The notes beneath the pieces were generated by a model, which worked only from the letters and a program-made list of their open reading frames with translations, made no database searches and was not told where the DNA came from. From an uncultured Eubacteriales bacterium (lineage in GTDB: Bacteria > Bacillota > Clostridia > Oscillospirales > CAG-272): DNA of 64,000 nt. A program made the position numbers and the translations under genes. The stretch spans positions 24,691 through 88,690 of the forward strand of contig CAKSLU010000003.1 of the NCBI GenBank assembly GCA_934474225.1, written 5' to 3'. Of this stretch, positions 42,416 through 49,907 are shown piece after piece (position 1 is the stretch's first letter; each line of letters begins with the position of its first letter).

Positions 42416-45400
42416 ATGCAAAAAACGACCAAAAAATTCAGTCTCCGGTTTCTGTCCGTGCTGATGGCGGCATGCCTGCTGCTTGCGGCAGCGGCGATGC
42501 TGACCGGCGTTTCGGCGGCGGATGATGTAGAGTATTTCTATGTCAATTCGGAGACCGGCAATGACAGCGCAAACGGCAGAAGTGCCGGCACGGCGGTCAA
42601 GACTTTCACGCGTGCCTGCAACCTGGCGCGCAAGGGCGGCGGTACCATTGTCATCACCAATGCGTACGAAATGCCGAAAACGGTTTACGAAGTCGAACAT
42701 GCCGACGCACCCTTCGTCATCACGACCAAGGACGCGACGACCGACTACGGCGCGACGGGCGCAAAGCTGGTCTTTGCCAAGGCGCTCCGCTATGTCATGA
42801 AGGGCGACACGACCTTCGAGAACATCACGATTGAGTTTGAAAACACGCTCAATGTGGTCGCCAACTACAATCACATCACCTTCGGCGAGGGCGTGAATAC
42901 GGTCAACATCGGCTCCGGCTCCGAGGGCGTGTATGTCGTCGGCGGTTATCAGAGCCCTGAGGACACGGTGGATACCTCGCTCGATTCGCACATTACCATA
43001 AGGAGCGGTAAGTTCCACATCGTCGCGGGCGGCACGCGCCAGAAGGGCGCGGGCGCGGCAGGCGGCATCGTCTATACCGGCACGCATTATATCGAGGTGA
43101 GCGGCGGTGAGATCACCCGTCTGTACGGCGGCTCGATTCAGCACCAGATTGCCACAAGCACAAACATCACCGTTACCGGCGGTGAGATTCACGACCTGTA
43201 TGCGGCAGGCGACCTCACCCGCCGTCTGGAAGGCAGCGCAACCCTTAGCCTCACCGGCGGTAAAATCGGCAGCCTGAGCGTCAACAATGTAGTCGGCGCG
43301 GCAAATGTCACGCTGGCGGGCACCGAGGTGGAGACGGCAGGCGTTGCTTTTGCCAACGACACCATCAAGAAGATGGCAACTAAGGCAAACCAGCCGAAGA
43401 CGCTGTACTACGACGCACATTTCTACAGCGCATCGCAGATTGCATCGCTCAGCGACGGCTTTGACAAGGTGGAGAACATCACCAGCATCTATGTCAAGGA
43501 GGGGGCAACCGGCAGCGGTACAAGCGCGGCCGATCCCGCATCCTTTGCAGACGGCATTAAGACCGCAGCCGAAACGCAGGGCAATATCCTTGTGCTCGGC
43601 ACGGTCAATGTCAAGGATTTCACCGAGGCGGCACACGCCGAGAAAATCGTCGTCAAGGGCGGCGATGCAGGCGCCCGCCTGAACATCAGCGGCACCTACA
43701 CGCTCGGCGGCGAGACCTGCTTTGAGGCGCTCACCGTTGCGGCGGACAAGGCGACTTTTGATGCAGCCAAGGGGCTTCTGACTGTCGCCGCGGATGTCAA
43801 GTTGAGCGGCAAGCCTGATGTCATCGGCTCCGCTACGCTGTATGCCGGCGAGTTCGGCGCAGTCAAGGGCGGCGCGGCTGACATGAAACTCATCCTCGAC
43901 GGCGCAACTGTCGCGTCCGTCACCGGCGGCACGACGGCTGCCAAGATTGAGATCAACAGCGGCAAGGTCGGCGCCGTTAAGTCCACCGAGACGACGATTG
44001 CAGACTTTGACCTTGCCATCAACGGCGGCGAAGTTGCAAGCGTCACCTTCAAGGATGTCACGGGCAAGCTGAACTTCCTCCTGTACGGCGGCAAGGTCGG
44101 CAGTTATGCCGTGGAGGGCAGCAACGCCAAGGGCAAACTGAGCCTGGACGAGAATCAGTTCAAGACGGCTGACCTCGGCGCAGCGGCAGCACTGTTCACG
44201 GTCTCTGCGGATAAGGTCTACTACATCAGCGACAGCGGCAAGGGTAACGGCACCAGCTTCAGCGCGGCAGGCAACTCCATGGAGGAAGCCTACAAGACGC
44301 TGGCAGGCGGCGGCACGCTTGTGGTCTGCGGCGAGACAACGCTGAAGGCCATCGGCGACAAGGGCGCTTTCATCAACCAGTACAACACCGGCAAGATCAC
44401 GATCACTTCGGTCTATGACGGTGTGGACTACAGAAAGACCAATAACGCAAAGCTGATTTTCAAGGTCAACTTCTATTGCGGCGGCGAGACCGAGTTCAAC
44501 AACATCAGCCTCGTCAACCAGAAGAGCTACGGCGGCATTTACGCCAACCTCAACAAGCTCGTCATCGGTGATGGCGTGGAGTGCGCCTATGCGGCGTCGG
44601 TCACCACGACCTATCCCAGCATCCAGGGCGGCACCAACCTCGACATTGAGATGACCGAGGCAGAGAAGCAGCAGTCCGCGGATGTCACGATCAACAGCGG
44701 TACCTGGCAGCGCGTCCGCGGCGGCAGCGCCACCGGCGGCTACAACAATTTCAATATCAAACTGACCATCAACGGCGGCGAATTCCGCGAGAAGCTGGTT
44801 CTTGTCTCGGCAAATTCGCATGTCGGCAACGCCGATGTCACCATCAATGGCGGCACCTTCCTTGCCGGTATCTACGGCTCGACCATTGATAAGGCAGAGC
44901 AGATTGTCGAGGGCGACCTCAAGCTGACCATTAACGGCGGCACGCCTTACGGCACGATTGCCGCATCGCTCAACAACATCGGCACACTGAAGGGCAGTTT
45001 TGACCTCACGCTGAACGGCGGCAACCTCGGTCACATCACCGACATTGTCGGCACGGCGGGCGTGGACGGCTGGACAATGACAAGCACGCTGCACACCGGT
45101 GAAACGGTTTCGCTGGATGCCAAGATCAGCGGCACGATGTCGTTCCAGAACCCGATTCGCTCCAACGGCGCAGACCCGTGGCTGTTCTTCCATGACGGCA
45201 ACTACTATTATGTTGCTACGCATAGTTCAATGCTCAACCTCTACAGAGCTGCCAACATCGGCGACCTTGCAAACGCACCCTATAAGACCGTTTACAAGCC
45301 CGAAGAGGGACATATGTGGTCGAAGAACATCTGGTCGCCCGAAATCCACTATTACACCGATGAAGAAATCGGCGCGGGCAACGGCGGCTGGTACTGCTAC

Positions 45401-46786
45401 ATCGCCTGCGACGACGGCGACAACACCAATCACCGCATGTATGTCATCAAGTGCCTGGACGGCGACGACCTGTTCGGCAGATGGGGCAACCCCGTGACCG
45501 GTGAGGTCAACGTTCCGCAGAAGATTGAGGCAAAGGACATCCCCGGCTTTGACGATACCTGGGCGGCAGGGCAGACCGACATCAAAATTAACGGTCAGCT
45601 CTACCTGATGTATGTCACCGAGCAGGGACGGAATACCGCCGACTTCTACCAGACCATCAACATCATCAAGATGACCAATCCTTGGACGCTTGAGGGACAG
45701 TCTTCCGTTATCTGCAAGCCCGAGTACGATTGGGAGATGGGCGGTGCAGCCTACAATCCGACCACGGGCAAGGCTTATCCGAAGGTTGTCGAGGGCGGCA
45801 CGGCGGTCTACGGCTCGGACGGCTCGATCTTCATCGTCTACTCCGGCAGTGGCTATTGGACGACCGAGTATAAACTCGGACAGATGAAGTACCTCGGCGG
45901 CGACCCGCTGCTGATGAGCAGTTGGGAGAAACTCCCCACGCCGATCCTCTCCAAGTCCGATAAGATCAACGGCTGCGGTCACGCTTCCTATGTCACCGAC
46001 ACCGACGGGCAGGGCTGGATTTGCTATCATGCCTACAAGGGCAAGGATACGCAGGGCAGCAGATTTGCCTATGTTGAGCCGTATACGGCAACCAAGGACG
46101 GCGTCGTCATCGGCGAGGGAACGGGACATCCCGCAGACCCCGCAAAGACCTATACCGTCAACCTCAATTCCACCCCGCTCGGCGAGAAGGTCTTCGGCTT
46201 CGACAAGGTTGAGCAGTCTGCAAGCAAGTTTGGCTTCACGCGCGACTATGCAGACAACTTCACCGATGTACCGGCAAACGCGTGGTTCTACAGCTATGTG
46301 CGTGACGCATATCGCGTCGGTCTTGCCAACGGCACGAGCGCGACGAAGTTCTCGCCCGATACGACCTTCACCGTGGCGCAGGCGCTGACGGCGGCGGCAA
46401 ACATCCACAAGATTTACACCGGCAATAAGATTGACACGACGGGCGCAAAGAACTGGTATGACCCCTATGTCAACTACTGCATTGCAAACGGCATCATCAC
46501 CGCGGCACAGTTCACGGACTACAACAAGAACATCACGCGCGGCGACATGGCTGTCGTCTTTGCAAACATCCTTCCCGCAGAGGAATATGCGGCGGTCCGC
46601 AGTGGCTCCAACCCCGATGTGACAAGCAACCTCGCTTGCTACGCGGCGGTGCAGAAGCTGTATAACGCGGGCATCGTCGGCGGCGATGCCGGAACCGGCA
46701 ACTACCGCCCGAGTGACAGCATCAAGCGTTCCGAGGCGTGCGTCATCTTTACGCGCATTGCTCTCAAGAGCGCAAGAGCAAAATAA
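42416..46786 (+). CDS. giant cell-surface protein: signal peptide - 3 beta-helix-like modules - GH43-like domain - 3 SLH repeats
   Basis: RBS GAGAGGAG precedes the start. Module starts are YFYVNSETGNDSANGRS..GGGTIVITN, SIYVKEGATGSGTS and KVYYISDSGKGNGTS...GGGTLVVCGE. GH43-like motifs are GADPWLFFHDGNYYYV, WSPEIHYY and VVEGGTAVY. The SLH triplet is nearly identical in protein sequence to that of 8997..11612. Confidence 0.85.
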   Translation: MQKTTKKFSLRFLSVLMAACLLLAAAAMLTGVSAADDVEYFYVNSETGNDSANGRSAGTAVKTFTRACNLARKGGGTIVITNAYEMPKTVYEVEHADAPFVITTKDATTDYGATGAKLVFAKALRYVMKGDTTFENITIEFENTLNVVANYNHITFGEGVNTVNIGSGSEGVYVVGGYQSPEDTVDTSLDSHITIRSGKFHIVAGGTRQKGAGAAGGIVYTGTHYIEVSGGEITRLYGGSIQHQIATSTNITVTGGEIHDLYAAGDLTRRLEGSATLSLTGGKIGSLSVNNVVGAANVTLAGTEVETAGVAFANDTIKKMATKANQPKTLYYDAHFYSASQIASLSDGFDKVENITSIYVKEGATGSGTSAADPASFADGIKTAAETQGNILVLGTVNVKDFTEAAHAEKIVVKGGDAGARLNISGTYTLGGETCFEALTVAADKATFDAAKGLLTVAADVKLSGKPDVIGSATLYAGEFGAVKGGAADMKLILDGATVASVTGGTTAAKIEINSGKVGAVKSTETTIADFDLAINGGEVASVTFKDVTGKLNFLLYGGKVGSYAVEGSNAKGKLSLDENQFKTADLGAAAALFTVSADKVYYISDSGKGNGTSFSAAGNSMEEAYKTLAGGGTLVVCGETTLKAIGDKGAFINQYNTGKITITSVYDGVDYRKTNNAKLIFKVNFYCGGETEFNNISLVNQKSYGGIYANLNKLVIGDGVECAYAASVTTTYPSIQGGTNLDIEMTEAEKQQSADVTINSGTWQRVRGGSATGGYNNFNIKLTINGGEFREKLVLVSANSHVGNADVTINGGTFLAGIYGSTIDKAEQIVEGDLKLTINGGTPYGTIAASLNNIGTLKGSFDLTLNGGNLGHITDIVGTAGVDGWTMTSTLHTGETVSLDAKISGTMSFQNPIRSNGADPWLFFHDGNYYYVATHSSMLNLYRAANIGDLANAPYKTVYKPEEGHMWSKNIWSPEIHYYTDEEIGAGNGGWYCYIACDDGDNTNHRMYVIKCLDGDDLFGRWGNPVTGEVNVPQKIEAKDIPGFDDTWAAGQTDIKINGQLYLMYVTEQGRNTADFYQTINIIKMTNPWTLEGQSSVICKPEYDWEMGGAAYNPTTGKAYPKVVEGGTAVYGSDGSIFIVYSGSGYWTTEYKLGQMKYLGGDPLLMSSWEKLPTPILSKSDKINGCGHASYVTDTDGQGWICYHAYKGKDTQGSRFAYVEPYTATKDGVVIGEGTGHPADPAKTYTVNLNSTPLGEKVFGFDKVEQSASKFGFTRDYADNFTDVPANAWFYSYVRDAYRVGLANGTSATKFSPDTTFTVAQALTAAANIHKIYTGNKIDTTGAKNWYDPYVNYCIANGIITAAQFTDYNKNITRGDMAVVFANILPAEEYAAVRSGSNPDVTSNLACYAAVQKLYNAGIVGGDAGTGNYRPSDSIKRSEACVIFTRIALKSARAK

Positions 46787-46803
46787 TCGTTCTCCTATCA
46801 AGG

Positions 46804-46879
46804 AAAAGCGGCACGCAATCGCGTGCCGCTTTTTCTGCTTAAAAAGAAGAGCCGCGCTAAAAGCGCGGCTCTTCTTTTC
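46804..46879 (+). terminator. two consecutive intrinsic terminators
   Basis: AAAAGCGGCACGCaatcGCGTGCCGCTTTTTC (46804-46834) and AAAAAGAAGAGCCGCGCtaaaaGCGCGGCTCTTCTTTTC (46841-46879). Confidence 0.8.
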
Positions 46880-46981
46880 TGTGGTCTGCGGGGGTATCCG
46901 ATGCGGCATTTTTCTTTGCTGCCTCTTCTCGCCATTGCTTTGCTTTTGACGCTGCATACACATCGTCAAGGCTTTCAAGAA

Positions 46982-47317
46982 TTATATATCCAAAAACTCT
47001 GCCGAAGTCGTATCAAATGCGCGGCAGTGGAAAAGCGCACATAGTTTTGCTACAACGGGTAACACGGCATCTTCCGGTTCGTCCAGTATATGAATATACA
47101 GCATGATATGCTGCTCTGTCGATAAATCAAACGATATTGCAAATGTGTCGCTTTCATAATCCAGCCACTCGTCCGAATCGCCGGTTATACCAGCAAAATT
47201 CTCTCTCAGTATTTTTGCAGTTGCGTGCACATCAAATGGAATGATATTGGAATCATCGATACATTCCATTGCCTCTGCGTTAGATGCGGTTTTGATCAAC
47301 ATAATGTCCCAGCTCAT
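46982..47317 (-). CDS. small acidic hypothetical protein (immunity-protein-like in size and composition)
   Basis: ATG at 47317 lies 6 nt after AAGGAG. The line 47101-47160 is 22/60 = 37% GC by hand count. I recognise no family. Confidence 0.5.
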   Translation of the reverse strand: MSWDIMLIKTASNAEAMECIDDSNIIPFDVHATAKILRENFAGITGDSDEWLDYESDTFAISFDLSTEQHIMLYIHILDEPEDAVLPVVAKLCALFHCRAFDTTSAEFLDI

Positions 47318-47379
47318 ATTTGTCTCCTTGTGTCTGTTATATTTGTGCATCTTTCAGGCACCCGCATGCTGCGGAGTGT

Positions 47380-47808
47380 TTACGCCCTGTAGAACACATA
47401 TTTCTCGTTCAGTGCGTCTGAATAATCCGAATATGCCGCAGTAAAACTAAAACCGTAAATCGTGAATTTTCTCACCTTGCCAAACCTTTTTCTATAGCGC
47501 ATATATGCAATTCCGGCATCATTGCCATCGATAATCAGCCCCACTGTTTGAAAATCCAAAAGCTGAATGGCAATATCGTGCTTTAAATTCTCACCAGAAA
47601 GGTACATATAGGCCACTCCGTTTTCCTGCACGGACACGACGCCTTGGATGACCGGCGAATGACAAACCCAGGAGCTACCGTCCTCATCAAAAGCAGTCGA
47701 TACAATCAGCGGCTTTATAAAAGCGATATTATAGGTATCGACAACGAAGACAATCAGCAGCAAAACTGTCAATACGATAGATAAAAGAATCCATTTTTGT
47801 TTTTTCAT
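47380..47808 (-). CDS. small hypothetical protein with N-terminal membrane anchor
   Basis: The start reads MKKQKWILLSIVLTVLLLIVFVV and follows GGAGGTTAAT. The gene is low in GC. A candidate promoter lies on the minus strand: TTGACG (47946-47951), 18 nt, then TGgTAAAAT (47922-47927). Confidence 0.55.
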   Translation of the reverse strand: MKKQKWILLSIVLTVLLLIVFVVDTYNIAFIKPLIVSTAFDEDGSSWVCHSPVIQGVVSVQENGVAYMYLSGENLKHDIAIQLLDFQTVGLIIDGNDAGIAYMRYRKRFGKVRKFTIYGFSFTAAYSDYSDALNEKYVFYRA

Positions 47809-47964
47809 ATTAACCTCCGTACTGCTGTGGTTGCTGAAGATATACTCGCCGTTGCGTCAAGGAGTGTCTTTGCGCCGCAGACTGCATTTGCCGTGTGCAT
47901 TGGCGGCACTGCTGTATGTATATTTTACCACAAAGCGTACCTCGCCGTCAAGAGTTGCACGAAA

Positions 47965-48197
47965 GTGCAGGGCGGGATTCGAGACCCGCCGGCGGCGCAA
48001 GACGCCGCCATATCCATTGCTGGCGCAATGGAGGCGTGTTCGAATTGACCCGCACTCGACGAAAAAGAAGAACCGTGCGAAAGCACGGTTCTTCTTTTTG
48101 GCGGAGAGGGCGGGATTCGAGACCCGCCGGCGGCGCAAGACGCCGCCATATCCATTGCTGGTGCAATGGAGGCAGGTTCGAATCAGCTACCCATCTC
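47965..48197. repeat. two tandem tRNA-like elements (U1 47965-48055, U2 48099-48197) sharing a 66-nt core and the 3'-terminal sequence of tRNA-Ser
   Basis: The core GGGCGGGATTCGAGACCCGCCGGCGGCGCAAGACGCCGCCATATCCATTGCTGG(C/T)GCAATGGAGGC occurs at 47970-48035 and 48108-48173 with a single mismatch. U2 starts with TGGCGGAGAGGGCGGGATTCGA, which is identical to 48238-48259 of the genuine tRNA. Confidence 0.85.
48062..48099. terminator. bidirectional hairpin terminator between U1 and U2
   Basis: AAAAAGAAGAACCGTGCgaaaGCACGGTTCTTCTTTTT. Confidence 0.7.
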
Positions 48198-48198
48198 G

Positions 48199-48237
48199 AA
48201 AATGAAAAGGTCGCACAAAAGTGCGACCTTTTCATTT
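48199..48237. terminator. bidirectional hairpin terminator between U2 and tRNA-Ser
   Basis: GAAAATGAAAAGGTCGCACaaaaGTGCGACCTTTTCATTTT. On the minus strand it directly follows the CCA end of the tRNA. Confidence 0.75.
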
Positions 48238-48326
48238 TGGCGGAGAGGGCGGGATTCGAACCCGCGTGTCCGTTAAGACAAACTGATTTCGAGTCAGCCC
48301 CGTTATGACCACTTCGATACCTCTCC
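48238..48326 (-). tRNA. tRNA-Ser (anticodon CGA), CCA encoded
   Basis: The minus-strand sequence is GGAGAGGTATCGAAGTGGTCATAACGGGGCTGACTCGAAATCAGTTTGTCTTAACGGACACGCGGGTTCGAATCCCGCCCTCTCCGCCA. It has a 7-bp acceptor stem, the anticodon loop CT-CGA-AA, a long variable arm and the T-arm GCGGG-TTCGAAT-CCCGC. Confidence 0.9.
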
Positions 48327-48366
48327 GTATGCGGTTGTATGCGGCGCGTTTCGCGCTCACTTGGTT

Positions 48367-48395
48367 ATTATAGCACAAAATTTTGCGCATTGCAA
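48367..48395 (-). promoter_or_regulatory. promoter of tRNA-Ser
   Basis: On the minus strand: TTGCAA (48390-48395), a 17-nt spacer, then TATAAT (48367-48372). Confidence 0.65.
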
Positions 48396-48403
48396 CAGCT
48401 TTT

Positions 48404-48435
48404 GCAAAAAAATCCGCCCGTTTGGGCGGATTTTT
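48404..48435 (-). terminator. terminator after trkH
   Basis: AAAAAAATCCGCCCgtttGGGCGGATTTTTT, which is symmetric. Confidence 0.8.
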
Positions 48436-49899
48436 TCAGTTATGCTTGCGGAGCAGCGGGGGATTCTTCAGCCAGGTGCGTGGTGAGAACAGAATCAGCA
48501 TCGGGAACAGTTCGAGGCGCCCGGCGAGCATATCAAAGATGAGAACATACTTCGTGAAGTCGGAGAAGAACCCGAAATTCCGCGTCGGGCCGACGCCGGA
48601 AAGCCCGGGGCCGATGTTGTTGAAGGTCGCGGCGACGGCGGTGAAACAGGTTTCGAGGTCGTGCCCCTCCGCCGAGACAAGCAGGGTGGACACCGCGAAA
48701 ATGAAGACATACACAATCAGAAACGCGCTGGTGGTGTGAATGACCTCGCGGTCGAGAATCTTCTTTTCCAGCCGAATCTTGGTGACACTGTTCGGGAAGA
48801 TGAACTTGTGCAGTTCCTCGCCCGCGCGCTTGATGAGAATCAGCACGCGCGAGACTTTGATGCCGCCGCCGGTGCTGCCCGCGCAGGCGCCGATGAGCAT
48901 GAGCAGAACCAGCACGCACTTGGACAGGGAAGGCCACAAATCAAAATCGCAGGTGGCAAACCCGGTGGTCGTGATGATGGACGACACCTGGAAAAACGCA
49001 TGCCGCACGGTGTCGCCGAGGCGGACGCCCGCCGCGCGCGTGTTGAGCACAATCAGCAGGGTCGCTGCGGCAATCACGCCGAGATAGGTGCGCAGCTCTT
49101 CGCTTTTCAGCGCCTGCCTGCCGCGCCCGACCAGCACGAGAAAATACAGATTGAAGTTGATGCCGAACAGCATCATGAAGACGGCGACGACCCACTGAAT
49201 ATAGGGAGAGAAATCCGCCATGCTGCTGTTGCGGATGCCGAAACCGCCCGTGCCCGCCGTGCCGAAGGTGGTGGTGACCGCGTCAAAGACGTTCATGCCG
49301 CCGCAGAGCAGAAAGACGAATTCGACAATCGAGAGCAGGATATAGAGTGCGTACAGAATCAGCGCGGTGTGCCGCGTTTTGGGCACCAGCTTGCCGACCG
49401 AGGGGCCGGGGCTTTCCGCCTGCATCAGATACATCTGCGAGCCGCCCGCCAGTGGCAGGATCGCGAGCAGAAACACCAGCACGCCCATGCCGCCGATCCA
49501 GTGCGTAAAGCTGCGCCAGAACAGCGTGCAGTGCGACAGCGCCTCTACATCGGGGACGACGCTTGCGCCCGTCGTGGTAAAGCCGGAGACCGTCTCAAAC
49601 AGCGCGTCCGCAAAGTGCGGAATCTCGCCGGAAAAGACAAAGGGCAGCGCGCCGAAAATACTGAGCACAATCCAGCAGAGGGCGACTGTGACGAAGCCCT
49701 CCTTCATGAAGAACGCCATCCGCTTCGGCTTTTTTATAATCGCGGGCAAGCCGAGGACGGCGCAAATCAGCGCGGCGTACACATACGAGAGCGCGGCGCG
49801 CTCGCCGTACAGACCGCCGACTGCCGCCGAGACGGCGAGAAACAGCGCCTCGAGGCACAGCACCCAGCCGAGGATATACGAAATCACACGATAATTCAT
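48436..49899 (-). CDS. trkH: TrkH/KtrB-family potassium uptake membrane protein
   Basis: The 487-aa polytopic protein carries repeated selectivity-filter-like motifs (GFTTTGAS, FGTAGTGGFG, TTTGFAT, GSTGGGIK). Confidence 0.85.
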   Translation of the reverse strand: MNYRVISYILGWVLCLEALFLAVSAAVGGLYGERAALSYVYAALICAVLGLPAIIKKPKRMAFFMKEGFVTVALCWIVLSIFGALPFVFSGEIPHFADALFETVSGFTTTGASVVPDVEALSHCTLFWRSFTHWIGGMGVLVFLLAILPLAGGSQMYLMQAESPGPSVGKLVPKTRHTALILYALYILLSIVEFVFLLCGGMNVFDAVTTTFGTAGTGGFGIRNSSMADFSPYIQWVVAVFMMLFGINFNLYFLVLVGRGRQALKSEELRTYLGVIAAATLLIVLNTRAAGVRLGDTVRHAFFQVSSIITTTGFATCDFDLWPSLSKCVLVLLMLIGACAGSTGGGIKVSRVLILIKRAGEELHKFIFPNSVTKIRLEKKILDREVIHTTSAFLIVYVFIFAVSTLLVSAEGHDLETCFTAVAATFNNIGPGLSGVGPTRNFGFFSDFTKYVLIFDMLAGRLELFPMLILFSPRTWLKNPPLLRKHN

Positions 49900-49907
49900 A
49901 GAAGACC

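Noticed and set aside
42386-46978. Minus-strand ORFs 42386..45223 (945 aa) and 45227..46978 (583 aa).
   Set aside because: They are antisense to the 1456-aa surface protein gene, which has a signal peptide, GH43 motifs and SLH repeats. These are shadow ORFs.
47965-48197. Calling U1 and U2 additional functional tRNA genes (Ser or Sec).
   Set aside because: The position of the anticodon arm is occupied by an 8-bp stem with a 4-nt loop. The T-loop has 8 nt. No D-arm can be drawn, and U1 lacks a CCA or a proper acceptor end. They are reported as tRNA-like repeats instead.
47831-48308. ORFs 47831..48205, 47895..48308 and 47948..48235, whose protein sequences are internally repeated.
   Set aside because: They read through the tRNA-like repeats, the terminator hairpins and the tRNA-Ser gene. 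The protein repeats simply mirror the DNA repeats.
46790-48400. Prophage or integrative element at tRNA-Ser.
   Set aside because: There is no integrase, recombinase, phage or conjugation gene anywhere in the window. Only two small orphan genes and short repeats are present, so at most this is a remnant.
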